A DNA stretch of 64,000 nucleotides from Chitinophagaceae bacterium (GCA_041752235.1 JBGSHM010000002.1:16637-80636); one strand, 5' to 3'; counted from the first letter of the stretch, positions 20,225 through 29,892 are shown. The notes: generated by a model not told the origin, from the sequence alone. A program made the numbers and translations.

Positions 20225-20842
20225 TTAGTGGATGCGGTCTCCTCGCACTGTAAGCGTTTGAATGACCTGGCCTTCGAAAAAAAGCCACTCTTTCCAACGT
20301 TTACGTACAATTTCTTTATCGAGATAGGTTTCCGCCAGGTCAATAAACAGGGTATAATGTCCGGCTTCACTTTCCATGAAACGCCGGTAGAATTGTTGGA
20401 GGTAAGGGTCATTGAGTCCCTCACTGAGTCGTTTAAATCGTTCACAACTTCTCGCTTCGATCAAGGCCATCTGGAGCAAGCTATCCAGAAAACGGTCTTT
20501 CCAATGTCCCCCCTTTTTATGAAACTCGGCCAATCGGTTGACGTATTCATCTTTCCTTTGTGGGCCCAGGGGTAGTTCTCGCTTCTTCAATTCGGCCAGC
20601 ACCATCCGGAAATGTCCCCATTCTTCCGTCACAATCGGGGAAAGCGCGGCGACCAGGTCGGGTTTATCACTATGCTTTTGAATAATGGAAATACAGGTAA
20701 TTGCCGCCTTTTGCTCACACCAGGCATGGTCGGTCAGGATGTCTTCGAGAGAAAGTCTGGCCAGGTCCACCCAACGCGGATCAGTAGGCAATTGCAGTCC
20801 AAGGATATTCCGGGTAGATTCGGAATAGGAAGCGGTTTCCAT
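20225..20842 (-). CDS. miaE: tRNA-(ms2io6A)-hydroxylase (ferritin-like di-iron)
   Basis: DHAWCEQKAA, EEWGHF, EARSCERF and ESEAGHY are the paired ExxH di-iron motifs of MiaE. Confidence 0.78.
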   Translation of the reverse strand: METASYSESTRNILGLQLPTDPRWVDLARLSLEDILTDHAWCEQKAAITCISIIQKHSDKPDLVAALSPIVTEEWGHFRMVLAELKKRELPLGPQRKDEYVNRLAEFHKKGGHWKDRFLDSLLQMALIEARSCERFKRLSEGLNDPYLQQFYRRFMESEAGHYTLFIDLAETYLDKEIVRKRWKEWLFFEGQVIQTLTVRGDRIH

Positions 20843-20880
20843 TGGTCAAAAGTAGTGGTTTCTAGGTATTTATGATAACA

Positions 20881-21032
20881 CGGATTTCTCGGATTCCTGG
20901 ATTTCGCGGAAGGTTAACGGTGGTGTTTAGGGTGGTACTACCCAATCCAGGATTCCTAAGGTTTACATCTCATTTGAGTGCCCCCAATCCTCCACATCCT
21001 GCAAATCCCCAAATCCTGGTCCAAATTGGTTT
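20881..21032. repeat. Family D element, copy 2, with complementary GGATT-word arm
   Basis: Left: GGATTTCTC GGATTCCT GGATTTCG. Right: CAATCCTC CACATCCT GCAAATCC CCAAATCCTGGTCC. It shares AAATCCCCAAATC and AAATCCTGGTC with copy 1. Confidence 0.7.
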
Positions 21033-21048
21033 TTCCCCTGAAATCCAC

Positions 21049-21056
21049 TACCTTTG
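21049..21056 (+). promoter_or_regulatory. Candidate -7 promoter box (TACCTTTG) for rpsO
   Basis: TAnnTTTG match 55 nt upstream of ATG 21111. Confidence 0.4.
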
Positions 21057-21110
21057 CCGCCTTAAATAATCGGATATTTAATCGGATGACATTCTAAAAA
21101 AAAATCAAAG

Positions 21111-21380
21111 ATGCCTGTAACAAAAGAAAAAACAGCCTCCATTATCGCTGAATTCGGTGGAAAACAAGGAAACACCGGGTCTATTGAAGGCCAAATCGCT
21201 CTGCTGACTGAGCGAATCACCCAGATCTCCGGCCATCTCCAGGCCAACAAAAAAGATTTCTCCACCCACCGTGGCCTGATGCAACTGGTAGGTAGAAGAA
21301 AACGTTTGCTTATTTATCTCCAAAAGCACAACCTGACTGGTTACCGCGCCCTGATCGAGAAGCTCGGCCTCCGGAAGTAA
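21111..21380 (+). CDS. rpsO: 30S ribosomal protein S15
   Basis: 89 aa. GNTGSIEGQIALLTERITQISGHLQANKKDFSTHRGL. Confidence 0.97.
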   Translation: MPVTKEKTASIIAEFGGKQGNTGSIEGQIALLTERITQISGHLQANKKDFSTHRGLMQLVGRRKRLLIYLQKHNLTGYRALIEKLGLRK

Positions 21381-21400
21381 ACATATTTCATTTCGCAAGT

Positions 21401-21423
21401 CCCTCCACTTAGGAGGGTTTTTT
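21401..21423 (+). terminator. Rho-independent terminator/attenuator between rpsO and pnp
   Basis: CCCTCC-actta-GGAGGG followed by TTTTTT. Confidence 0.7.
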
Positions 21424-21450
21424 GCATTTCATTTACTTTACACAATACTC

Positions 21451-23634
21451 ATGTTATCTCAAGCTATAAATAAAACATTTGACCTGGGCGATGGTCGTCA
21501 GATCACCCTGGGTACTGGTCGTCTGGCACGACAGGCCGACGGCGCAGTTACTGTCTCCATGGGAAATACCATCCTGCTGGCTACAGTTGTTGCCAACAAA
21601 GAGGCAAAAGAAGGCCAAAGCTTTTTTCCCCTGACCGTAGATTACCAGGAGAAATTTGCTTCTGCTGGTCGTATCCCCGGATCCTTCTTCAAAAGAGAAG
21701 GACGTCTTAGTGATTACGAAGTGTTGATCAGCCGACTGATCGATCGGGCGCTTCGTCCGCTTTTCCCTGAAAATTATCTCTGTGAGGTACAGGTTCTGGT
21801 GACCCTGGTTTCTTCCGATGCGGAAGTAATGCCCGATTCACTGGCTTGCCTGGCCGCCTCTGCTGCCCTCGCCGTATCGGATGTTCCCATTCAGGAGATC
21901 CTGTCCGAAGTACGGGTAGCACGCATCAATGGAGAATTCAAAGTGAACCCCACCCGTAGTGAGTTGACCGAAGCAGACCTTGATTTCATCATAGCCGCCA
22001 CAGAAAAGAATATTATGATGGTGGAAGGTGAAGCCCAGGAATGTTCAGAAGAAGACCTGGTAAAAGCACTTGGTATTGCACACGATGCCATCCGCATCCA
22101 GATCAAAGCACAGGAAGAATTAAGGCAAATGGCGGGTGCAAAACCAAAACGCGAAGTAACACCTCCGGTTGTGGATACCGAATTGCTCGCGAAAGTAGAA
22201 GGCTTTGCCAAACCAAAAGTGTACGAAGTTTCCAAATCCGCTCTTGGAAAACATGAGCGTTCTGATAAGTTCGATGCCATTCAAGCAGAATTGCTCGAGT
22301 ACCTGACGAAGGAATACAATGTTGCCGAAGGAGAGAAGCTTGATGACGCGATCGCTAAAAAGGCCAAAAATTATTATCACGACCTTCAATACCATGTGGT
22401 TCGGGATATGATCCTGAATGATCGGGTTCGTCTCGATGGCCGTCAATTGGATCAGGTTCGCCCGCTTGATATGGAAACGGACGTCCTGCCTACTCCGCAC
22501 GGATCTGCGCTCTTTACCCGTGGGGAAACACAATCCCTTACTACCGTCACCCTGGGTACACCATTGGATGAATTGCTGGTAGAAAGTGCAGCTACTTCTG
22601 ATTACTCTAAATTCATTTTACACTATAATTTCCCTCCCTTCTCTACCGGTGAAGTAAAGATGATGCGCGGTCCTGGTCGCCGGGAAGTAGGACATGGAAA
22701 CCTGGCCATGCGTTCGCTCAGGATAATGATGCCTGGCGAAGATTATGCGTATACCGTACGAATCGTGAGTGATATCCTCGAGTCAAATGGTTCCTCTTCG
22801 ATGGCAACTGTTTGTGCCGGTTCTCTCGCGTTGATGGATGCCGGTATTCCCATTCCGAAACACGTTTCAGGTGTAGCCATGGGATTGATCAGCAAGGAAG
22901 GAAAATTTGCGATCCTTACGGATATCCTAGGAGATGAAGATCATCTGGGTGATATGGATTTCAAAGTAACGGGTACCCGTGATGGTATCTGTGGTGTACA
23001 AATGGATATCAAAGTGGATGGCCTGAGCATGGACGTTATGCGGGAAGCGCTTGACCAAGCCCGTCGTGGCCGTCTTCATATTCTGGATGCCATGTATGCC
23101 TGCCAGCCAGAAGCACGCTCGGAAGTGAAGCCTCATGCACCACGCATGTTGAAAATGTTCATTGATCGTGAATTCATTGGCGCCGTGATCGGGCCTGGTG
23201 GTAAAGTGATCCAGGAGATGCAACGTGAAACCGGAACCACCATCAATATCGAAGAGAAGAATAATATGGGTGAAGTAAGCATCTTCGGTACAAATAAAGA
23301 AGGAGTTGAAAGAGCCGAGAATTGGATCAAAGGCATTGTCGCCATCCCCACTGTTGGAGATGTTTACGATTCTACCGTAAAATCCATCATGCCTTTTGGT
23401 GCCTTCGTGGAGTTCCTGCCTGGTAAGCAAGGGTTGGTACATATTTCGGAAGTGAGTTGGAAGCGCCTGGAAACATTGGACGGTGTACTGAAAGAAGGAG
23501 ACCGGATCAAGGTTAAACTGATCGGTACGGATCCTAAATCAGGTAAGTTCAAGCTTTCCAGAAAAGCCCTTATTCCCAAGCCTGAACGCCAGGATGGTAA
23601 TCCATCCCAGGGCGGACAGCCAGAGAATAATTAA
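21451..23634 (+). CDS. pnp: Polyribonucleotide nucleotidyltransferase (PNPase)
   Basis: 727 aa with two RNase PH domains (FPLTVDYQEKFASAGRIPG, SNGSSSMA), KH (IGPGGKVI) and S1 (G..VEFLPGKQGLVHISE). Confidence 0.97.
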   Translation: MLSQAINKTFDLGDGRQITLGTGRLARQADGAVTVSMGNTILLATVVANKEAKEGQSFFPLTVDYQEKFASAGRIPGSFFKREGRLSDYEVLISRLIDRALRPLFPENYLCEVQVLVTLVSSDAEVMPDSLACLAASAALAVSDVPIQEILSEVRVARINGEFKVNPTRSELTEADLDFIIAATEKNIMMVEGEAQECSEEDLVKALGIAHDAIRIQIKAQEELRQMAGAKPKREVTPPVVDTELLAKVEGFAKPKVYEVSKSALGKHERSDKFDAIQAELLEYLTKEYNVAEGEKLDDAIAKKAKNYYHDLQYHVVRDMILNDRVRLDGRQLDQVRPLDMETDVLPTPHGSALFTRGETQSLTTVTLGTPLDELLVESAATSDYSKFILHYNFPPFSTGEVKMMRGPGRREVGHGNLAMRSLRIMMPGEDYAYTVRIVSDILESNGSSSMATVCAGSLALMDAGIPIPKHVSGVAMGLISKEGKFAILTDILGDEDHLGDMDFKVTGTRDGICGVQMDIKVDGLSMDVMREALDQARRGRLHILDAMYACQPEARSEVKPHAPRMLKMFIDREFIGAVIGPGGKVIQEMQRETGTTINIEEKNNMGEVSIFGTNKEGVERAENWIKGIVAIPTVGDVYDSTVKSIMPFGAFVEFLPGKQGLVHISEVSWKRLETLDGVLKEGDRIKVKLIGTDPKSGKFKLSRKALIPKPERQDGNPSQGGQPENN

Positions 23635-23652
23635 GATCGGATAAACTCATAC

Positions 23653-23709
23653 AGTGCCTTTGGCTTCCTGGTGCTAATTTTACCAGGCAACCAAAGGCAC
23701 TTTTTATTT
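23653..23709 (+). terminator. Rho-independent terminator after pnp
   Basis: 11-bp outer stem AGTGCCTTTGG/CCAAAGGCACT with nested CCTGGT/ACCAGG, followed by TTTTT. Confidence 0.75.
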
Positions 23710-23710
23710 T

Positions 23711-24523
23711 ATGAATAAGGCATACATACAGGTCGATTTTACAGGTCTTTCGCCCGAAAAGGTGGATATACTGATTGCCACTCTTTCAGAGGCAGGATGG
23801 GAGGGGTTTGAAGAAACGGAAGACAGATTTTCCGCTTATATACCAGAGGATGAGTTTCAGGAAGAATACCTGAAAGAAATAGCAGGCACAAATCCCTACA
23901 CCATAACCCAGGTTCCCTATATCAATTGGAACCAACGTTGGGAATCCAGCTTTGAACCGGTATTGGTGGATGATTTCTGTGCGGTAAGGGCAGGGTTTCA
24001 TGCCCCGGTGGAAAATGTCCGATATGAGATCGTGATCACGCCCAAACAAAGCTTTGGCACCGGTCATCACGCCACCACCTGGCTGATGATGAAACGGATG
24101 GAACGTATCGATTTTACCGGGAAAAAGGTCTTTGATTTTGAAACCGGAACGGGTGTACTGGCCATTCTTGCCGAAAAAGCAGGAGCAACCGAAGTCCTGG
24201 GGATTGACAACGATACCTGGAGTATGGAAAATGCACAGGAGAATGGAGAGGCCAACGATTGCCATCACATCCAATGGGAGTTGGCTGACCAGGTACCTTC
24301 AGAAGGCAGGTTTGATATAATCCTGGCGAATATTAATAAAAATGTAATCACCGGGCACTTCAAAAGCCTCGCCAATCGTTTAACTTCAGGAGGAACTTTG
24401 CTTTTAAGCGGGCTTCTGACCACGGATGAGGAGGATATACTGGCCGGAGCCCAAAATGTAGGTTTAGTATTCATGGATCGGATGGAGAGAGCTGGCTGGA
24501 TATGCCTCAGTTTCAAGGGATAA
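23711..24523 (+). CDS. prmA: Ribosomal protein L11 methyltransferase
   Basis: FGTGHHATTWLM and the SAM-binding motif FETGTGVLAILAEKAGA. Confidence 0.85.
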   Translation: MNKAYIQVDFTGLSPEKVDILIATLSEAGWEGFEETEDRFSAYIPEDEFQEEYLKEIAGTNPYTITQVPYINWNQRWESSFEPVLVDDFCAVRAGFHAPVENVRYEIVITPKQSFGTGHHATTWLMMKRMERIDFTGKKVFDFETGTGVLAILAEKAGATEVLGIDNDTWSMENAQENGEANDCHHIQWELADQVPSEGRFDIILANINKNVITGHFKSLANRLTSGGTLLLSGLLTTDEEDILAGAQNVGLVFMDRMERAGWICLSFKG

Positions 24524-24568
24524 AGACGCCTGGGGGTTAATTTTATATTAACTTTTCCCTCAAATCGT

Positions 24569-24576
24569 TATCTTTG
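24569..24576 (+). promoter_or_regulatory. Candidate -7 promoter box (TATCTTTG) for plsY
   Basis: TAnnTTTG match 27 nt upstream of ATG 24603. Confidence 0.45.
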
Positions 24577-24602
24577 CCTTCCAACTTTAACCCCAAGCTT
24601 CT

Positions 24603-25262
24603 ATGAACGAACTGTTATTGATAGTTCTGGCATATCTGATTGGCAGCATTCCAACCTCGGTCTGGGTGAGTAAACACTTCTTTGGCGTTGACATCCGGGA
24701 CTATGGAAGCGGCAATGCCGGTGCCACCAATACCTATCGCGTACTGGGTCCTCGCTGGGGTACTTTTGTGATGATCGTTGATATGCTGAAAGGGATCGTT
24801 GCTGTAAGACTTGCTTTTCTTTTACCATTTTACATAGGCCACGAAACGCAAATGACCAACCTGCAGATTGGCCTTGGGCTCGCTGCTGTGTTAGGCCATA
24901 TTTTTCCCATCTGGGCCGAATTCAAAGGGGGGAAAGGGGTGGCCACCATATTTGGACTCGTATTAGGCATTTCCCCATTGACCGCCGTAAGTTGTGTCGG
25001 GGTCTTTTTGTTGGTTTTATACCTGACCCGTTTTGTATCCTTAAGCTCCATCCTTGCCAGCATCGCTTTCCCGATTTTTATCCTCGTGATCTTTAATGTG
25101 GACAATGAGTTCTACCGGATCTTTGCGGTGGCAGTCAGTCTTATGGTATTGGTCACTCACCAAAAGAACATCGGCCGCCTGCTTCGTGGCAGCGAAAGCA
25201 AAGTTCCCATCCTCAAACACCGCGACCGTCGCCGGGAGCGCCGCAACTCGGATCCTCATTAA
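24603..25262 (+). CDS. plsY: Glycerol-3-phosphate acyltransferase PlsY
   Basis: YLIGSIPTSVW, GSGNAGATN, FKGGKGVAT. Multi-pass membrane protein. Confidence 0.9.
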   Translation: MNELLLIVLAYLIGSIPTSVWVSKHFFGVDIRDYGSGNAGATNTYRVLGPRWGTFVMIVDMLKGIVAVRLAFLLPFYIGHETQMTNLQIGLGLAAVLGHIFPIWAEFKGGKGVATIFGLVLGISPLTAVSCVGVFLLVLYLTRFVSLSSILASIAFPIFILVIFNVDNEFYRIFAVAVSLMVLVTHQKNIGRLLRGSESKVPILKHRDRRRERRNSDPH

Positions 25263-25348
25263 AATTCGTACCTTACTGCAACCTTAATCACGTGCAAATC
25301 ATCTGGTTTGGTACAATCATTGTTTGTCTATTCTAAAATATTATCATT

Positions 25349-26155
25349 GTGAAAAAGCTTATCCTTCCTTTGCTCGCCCTGGTTGTTTTTTCCTGTTCCA
25401 AAAATGCCCTTACCGGAAAAAGCCAGTTCACCCTGCTTCCCGAAACGGAATTGCAAACCATGGCCACGGCTGAATACACCCAATTCCTTTCTGCCAATAA
25501 GGTTGTAGCCACTAATGTGAGCAAAGATGCCGAGATGGTTAAGCGGGTAGGGCAACGTATTACGAAAGCAGTGGAAGAATATTATGCCTCCAAAAATATG
25601 AGTGATAAACTCACTGGTTTTAAATGGGAATATAACCTGGTCAATGACGCTGCGGTGAATGCCTGGTGTATGCCTGGGGGAAAGATCGTCGTCTATACCG
25701 GATTACTCCCGATTACACAGAATGAAGCCGCACTGGCTGTCGTAATGGGACATGAAGTATCACACGCCCTTTTGCAACATGGCAACCAGCGGATGAGCCA
25801 ACAGATCGGCGCACAGGCTGTTCAAATGGGTTTACAGGTGGCCTTATCCAGTAAGCCTGCCGAAACACAAAACGCCTTCCTCACTGCCTTTGGCATTGGT
25901 GCCCAGGTAGGGGTTATGCTTCCTTTTTCGCGTAAACATGAATTGGAAGCCGATCATTGGGGATTGAATTTCGCTGCCATGGCAGGTTACAACCCACAGG
26001 AAGCAATTCCTTTATGGCAAAGAATGGAAAAAGCTGGCGGAGGACAAAAGCCACCCGAGTTCCTTAGCACCCACCCAAGCGAAGGAAAGCGTATCGAGCA
26101 GCTTCAGAAGTACATGGAAGAAGCCCTAAGTTATTATAAGCCAGTCCAGAAATAA
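25349..26155 (+). CDS. M48 family metallopeptidase lipoprotein
   Basis: GTG start, lipobox LVVFSC, zinc motif HEVSHALLQH with downstream E..AD. Confidence 0.85.
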   Translation: MKKLILPLLALVVFSCSKNALTGKSQFTLLPETELQTMATAEYTQFLSANKVVATNVSKDAEMVKRVGQRITKAVEEYYASKNMSDKLTGFKWEYNLVNDAAVNAWCMPGGKIVVYTGLLPITQNEAALAVVMGHEVSHALLQHGNQRMSQQIGAQAVQMGLQVALSSKPAETQNAFLTAFGIGAQVGVMLPFSRKHELEADHWGLNFAAMAGYNPQEAIPLWQRMEKAGGGQKPPEFLSTHPSEGKRIEQLQKYMEEALSYYKPVQK

Positions 26156-26194
26156 AAGACATCTACATCACTAAAAAATTGATTTCAGTTAAGC

Positions 26195-26235
26195 ATATCC
26201 CTTTAAATCAGGCATTTAAAGGGATATTTCTTTTT
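26195..26235 (+). terminator. Rho-independent terminator after the M48 peptidase gene
   Basis: Perfect 14-bp stem ATATCCCTTTAAAT/ATTTAAAGGGATAT, 5-nt loop, T-rich tail. Confidence 0.75.
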
Positions 26236-26264
26236 AAAATATAAGAACTCCGGTATTTATTTCG

Positions 26265-26272
26265 TATTTTTG
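26265..26272 (+). promoter_or_regulatory. Candidate -7 promoter box (TATTTTTG)
   Basis: TAnnTTTG match 81 nt upstream of ATG 26353. Confidence 0.35.
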
Positions 26273-26352
26273 CAGCCTGTTTGCGAGTCCGCTACCTACC
26301 CATAACCATTACTGGATTGTATCGGAAACCCCTTAAAACCCCTTAATAAGGT

Positions 26353-26793
26353 ATGTCACAAACGATTTTTGAAAAGTTGGATCTGGCTGACGAAAAGAAT
26401 CTTCTTATCCAGGGTTTACCTTCCTCTATCGAGAAACAGTTTTGCAAGCTTTCTTTCGCTAAAAACGTGACTCCGTTGCTGAAAAGCCGGAAGATCGATT
26501 TTGCATTATTGTTTGCTGTAAACGAATCTCAGCTTAACAGCATTCTGAAAGAGGTAATGCCTGCATTGAAGAGTGATTCCAAGCTTTGGATCGCCTCACC
26601 GAAGTCTTCCTCCAAGATCGTTACCGATCTGAACCGCAGCTGCAGCTGGGACAAGCTGACGACCGCCGGTTATTCCTGTGGAGAAGAAGTGGTGCTCGAT
26701 CATGTTTGGAGTGCTACCCGGTTTGACAAACCCGGACGTTCTGTTTCCGTCAGGATGCGCAATGCCGAGCCGGCTGCCGCCATCGAAGCCTGA
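26353..26793 (+). CDS. Hypothetical protein (146 aa, no family recognised)
   Basis: Clean ORF with its own promoter-like box and a downstream hairpin. No signal peptide and no motif I can name. Confidence 0.5.
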   Translation: MSQTIFEKLDLADEKNLLIQGLPSSIEKQFCKLSFAKNVTPLLKSRKIDFALLFAVNESQLNSILKEVMPALKSDSKLWIASPKSSSKIVTDLNRSCSWDKLTTAGYSCGEEVVLDHVWSATRFDKPGRSVSVRMRNAEPAAAIEA

Positions 26794-26817
26794 TATTAAA
26801 TTATTAGTAAGTAACCG

Positions 26818-26848
26818 GACCCGCGAAGGAAATACCTATCGCGGGTTC
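26818..26848. terminator. Hairpin between convergent genes (possible bidirectional terminator)
   Basis: ACCCGCGA ... TCGCGGGT 8-bp stem between stop 26793 (+) and the dnaG stop at 26850 (-). The U-tracts are weak. Confidence 0.4.
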
Positions 26849-26849
26849 T

Positions 26850-28883
26850 TCATTTCAGGATCACCGTACCCATTTTCCGGGTCAGTTCCTGCTCCATTTG
26901 CTTGAGGTGTTCATGTGCCCGGTGTATGCTAAGGTATTCTTCGGGAGTATGTGGCTTCTCCAGGTCTTCCTGGTTCTGAACCAGAAGGCGGCGAATCTTT
27001 TTTAGTTTAAGGTAGTTCAAAGCGGAATCAACGGCTTCCAATGTTCGGTCTTCCTGAATCTTCAGGTACTGTTGCAATTCTTTTTCATTCCCCACACCTA
27101 CGGTGCGTATAAAATCCTCATACCGCTGTTCGAAAAGTTGACGTTGGTAACCTGTGGATTGGCTGTGCCCCTGCTTCCAGTGTTCACTTTCCTCATACGG
27201 AAAATTGAGCAGGGAAACAGCAAAGGAACTCAGCTTAAGGTCTTGGTGATAGATAAAATGGCTTTTATCCGGTATTTCTTTGCCTTTGTCAACATAATCA
27301 CGAAACTCCCGCATCAGGTAAAGCACTTCGGGGTTATCAAAGAGTTCCTCATCGTTCATCTCGGTTAGCAGGTAATGCGCTACGGTATCCCGGTTCTCCA
27401 TCATCCGCTTTCCAAATTCAAGTAATACGCGGGCAAATTCTTTTTCCTGGAGGTCATCCCGAAACAGCAGGCTAAAAGTGGCATCATCATAATTTCCAGG
27501 TTCTTTGACCTGGCCTGGCAGAGCCGTTTCTGCCGTTTCTTGGTTAGCCTGTTTTCGTTCCATGGCGTTCACCCGTTCCCGGATGAACTTATTGACAAGG
27601 GCATGAAGCCCAGCTTCCTCGATCTTAAGCAGGGTAGCGCATTGCTGAATATAATCCTGCTGTTTAGTGAAATCCTCGGTCTTATTGATCCGGGATATGG
27701 TCTCAGCCACCTGATTGACCAAGGCGGCTTTCTTTGTACTGTCATCACCGGTATCCCGCAGGGCAAGGTCTACCTGAAAAAGGATCACATCCTTCTTGTG
27801 GTGGTTGACATAGTCGGTAAAAGCAGCAGCTCCCACCGCATTGACATAGCTATCCGGGTCTTCCTTGTCGGGTAAGAGCACCAGCTTCACATTCAGCCCC
27901 TCTTCCAGGGCCAGGTCAAGTCCACGCAAAGCGGCCTTGATACCCGCTGCATCGCCATCATAAAGGATCGTCAGGTTGTTGGTATATTTTCGGATCAACC
28001 TTAGCTGATCAACCGTCAGGGAAGTACCTCCACTGGCAACCACATTCTCGATGCCGGCCTGGTGTAGCGAGATCACATCGGTGTACCCTTCCACCAATAA
28101 GCATTCATCCGCTTTATCAATGGCCTGGCGTGCCTGGTAAGACCCGTACAGTATCTTGCTCTTGACATAGATCTCATTCTCCGGAGTATTGATGTACTTG
28201 GGAGCCCTGTCGGAGGTCTTTAAAATCCGGGCACCAAATCCCAAGACTTTACCACTGTGATTATGAACTGGGAAAATCACCCGGCCCCGGTAATTGTCCA
28301 GGTATTGTTCATTTCGGAAGACCACCAATCCTGATTTCACCAGTAGCTCAGGGTTGTACTTGGCTTTGAGGGCCTCACTGGCGAATGCATCCCGTTGTTC
28401 AGGATCATATCCCAACTGAAATTTCCGGATCGTTTCTTCCCGAAATCCCCGTTCCCGAAAATAACTGAGCCCGATATCCTGGCCTTCCTCCGTTTCAAAA
28501 AGGATACGGGTAAAAAATTGCTGCGCAAATTGGTTGATGATGTACAGGCTATCGGCCACCTGCATTTGCTGCCGTTGTTCATCCGAGGCAAATGTTTCCT
28601 CGATCTCGATCCCATACCGCGTTGCCAGCCAACGCAAGGCTTCCACATAGCTGTATTTCTCGTGCTCCATCACAAAGCTGATGGTATTGCCACTGCGGCC
28701 GCACCCAAAACACTTGTAAATTTCTTTGCTTGGAGAAACCGTAAAGGACGGAGTCCTTTCATTGTGAAAAGGACAGAGCCCGAGATAATTGGCCCCCCTT
28801 TTTTTCAATTTCACAAATCCCCCTACGACATCAATGATGTCGATCCGGTTTAATATTTCCTGTATGGAGTTTTGGGAGATCAT
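26850..28883 (-). CDS. dnaG: DNA primase
   Basis: Zinc ribbon CPFHNERTPSFTVSP..YKCFGCG, TOPRIM (LVEGYTDV, ILYDGDAAG), C-terminal helical domain. Confidence 0.95.
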   Translation of the reverse strand: MISQNSIQEILNRIDIIDVVGGFVKLKKRGANYLGLCPFHNERTPSFTVSPSKEIYKCFGCGRSGNTISFVMEHEKYSYVEALRWLATRYGIEIEETFASDEQRQQMQVADSLYIINQFAQQFFTRILFETEEGQDIGLSYFRERGFREETIRKFQLGYDPEQRDAFASEALKAKYNPELLVKSGLVVFRNEQYLDNYRGRVIFPVHNHSGKVLGFGARILKTSDRAPKYINTPENEIYVKSKILYGSYQARQAIDKADECLLVEGYTDVISLHQAGIENVVASGGTSLTVDQLRLIRKYTNNLTILYDGDAAGIKAALRGLDLALEEGLNVKLVLLPDKEDPDSYVNAVGAAAFTDYVNHHKKDVILFQVDLALRDTGDDSTKKAALVNQVAETISRINKTEDFTKQQDYIQQCATLLKIEEAGLHALVNKFIRERVNAMERKQANQETAETALPGQVKEPGNYDDATFSLLFRDDLQEKEFARVLLEFGKRMMENRDTVAHYLLTEMNDEELFDNPEVLYLMREFRDYVDKGKEIPDKSHFIYHQDLKLSSFAVSLLNFPYEESEHWKQGHSQSTGYQRQLFEQRYEDFIRTVGVGNEKELQQYLKIQEDRTLEAVDSALNYLKLKKIRRLLVQNQEDLEKPHTPEEYLSIHRAHEHLKQMEQELTRKMGTVILK

Positions 28884-28989
28884 GGGGGACTGCGAATATA
28901 GTAAACTGCCTTATTCAAATAAGCAATAAGTATTTGAACCCATCGTTAAACCTACTATTCCAAATCCAGTCTATTTGAAAACTTTTTTT

Positions 28990-29892
28990 ATGAAAGCAGC
29001 CCATTTCGTACTCTCTATGACCCTTACCACCTTACTGGGCCTGAATGCCTTGGCCCAGGAAGCGGATCGCCCGGATTCTACCGGAACCCCCGGCGACCAG
29101 TTTAGCCTTGAAGGGGCGCTGGCCATGTTCCAAAAGGCCGGTTCTCCCGAAGAATTTGAGAAATTGATCAATACATCGGATAACAATGTCAATAACCTTG
29201 ACCTGAATGGGGATGGGGAAGTGGACTATATCCGTATTGTTGATAAATCCGATAAGGATATGCATGCCTTGGTAATGCAGGTGCCTGTTTCGGAAACAGA
29301 AAGCCAGGATATCGCCGTGATCGAAATTGAAAAGACAGGGGATACCTCCGCGGTTTTGCAAATTATTGGAGATGAAGAAATTTTTGGAGAAGAATTGATC
29401 GTTGAGCCCAATGGCGGAGATGAGGTCGAAGAAGATGGGCAAGGCCCTTATGCGGTATCGGGATTGTATACGCCCGCCCGTATTGTGGTCAATGTCTGGT
29501 TCTGGCCTTCCGTCAGGTTTATTTACGGACCTGTTTACCGTCCCTGGATCTCTCCCTGGCGCTGGCGCCATTACCCCACCTGGTACAGGCCCTGGAGACC
29601 CTTTGCCTGGTCCGTATGGCATCCCCGCCGTGCCTTCCACCACCGTCATTTTGTAGTGGTCCGCACCCATCGGGTAACCCGCTGTCATGCCTTTTATCGC
29701 CCCGTCCGGGTCAGCTCGGTCAGTGTACGTACGCGTCATGCCACCGCTGTTAACCATTACCGTGTCACCCGTACCCGCACCACGGTTACAGGACCCCGTG
29801 GCAATAAAGCCGTAAAAACCACTACCACCGTTCGTGGAAGAGGTGGTAAGGTAAAAGCCCAAAGAACAACCGTGAGAAAGAAAAGGGGGTAA
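28990..29892 (+). CDS. Secreted hypothetical protein with an extremely basic Arg/Trp/His/Thr-rich C-terminal half
   Basis: Signal peptide MKAAHFVLSMTLTTLLGLNALAQ from ATG 28990 (the track ORF begins at TTG 28975). EF-hand-like DLNGDGEVDY. A strong hairpin with a T-tract follows the stop. Confidence 0.55.
   Translation: MKAAHFVLSMTLTTLLGLNALAQEADRPDSTGTPGDQFSLEGALAMFQKAGSPEEFEKLINTSDNNVNNLDLNGDGEVDYIRIVDKSDKDMHALVMQVPVSETESQDIAVIEIEKTGDTSAVLQIIGDEEIFGEELIVEPNGGDEVEEDGQGPYAVSGLYTPARIVVNVWFWPSVRFIYGPVYRPWISPWRWRHYPTWYRPWRPFAWSVWHPRRAFHHRHFVVVRTHRVTRCHAFYRPVRVSSVSVRTRHATAVNHYRVTRTRTTVTGPRGNKAVKTTTTVRGRGGKVKAQRTTVRKKRG

Noticed and set aside
20215-20445. 77-codon upstream extension of the mutarotase ORF
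   Set aside because: It would overlap miaE by more than 200 nt. Homology-like sequence starts at MIQKTLAYIH (ATG 20214).
20872-21069. 65-aa ORF across the miaE/rpsO spacer
   Set aside because: It is the translation of the GGATT/AATCC repeat element (..RISRIPGFRG..PNPPHPANPQIL..) and has no coding signal.
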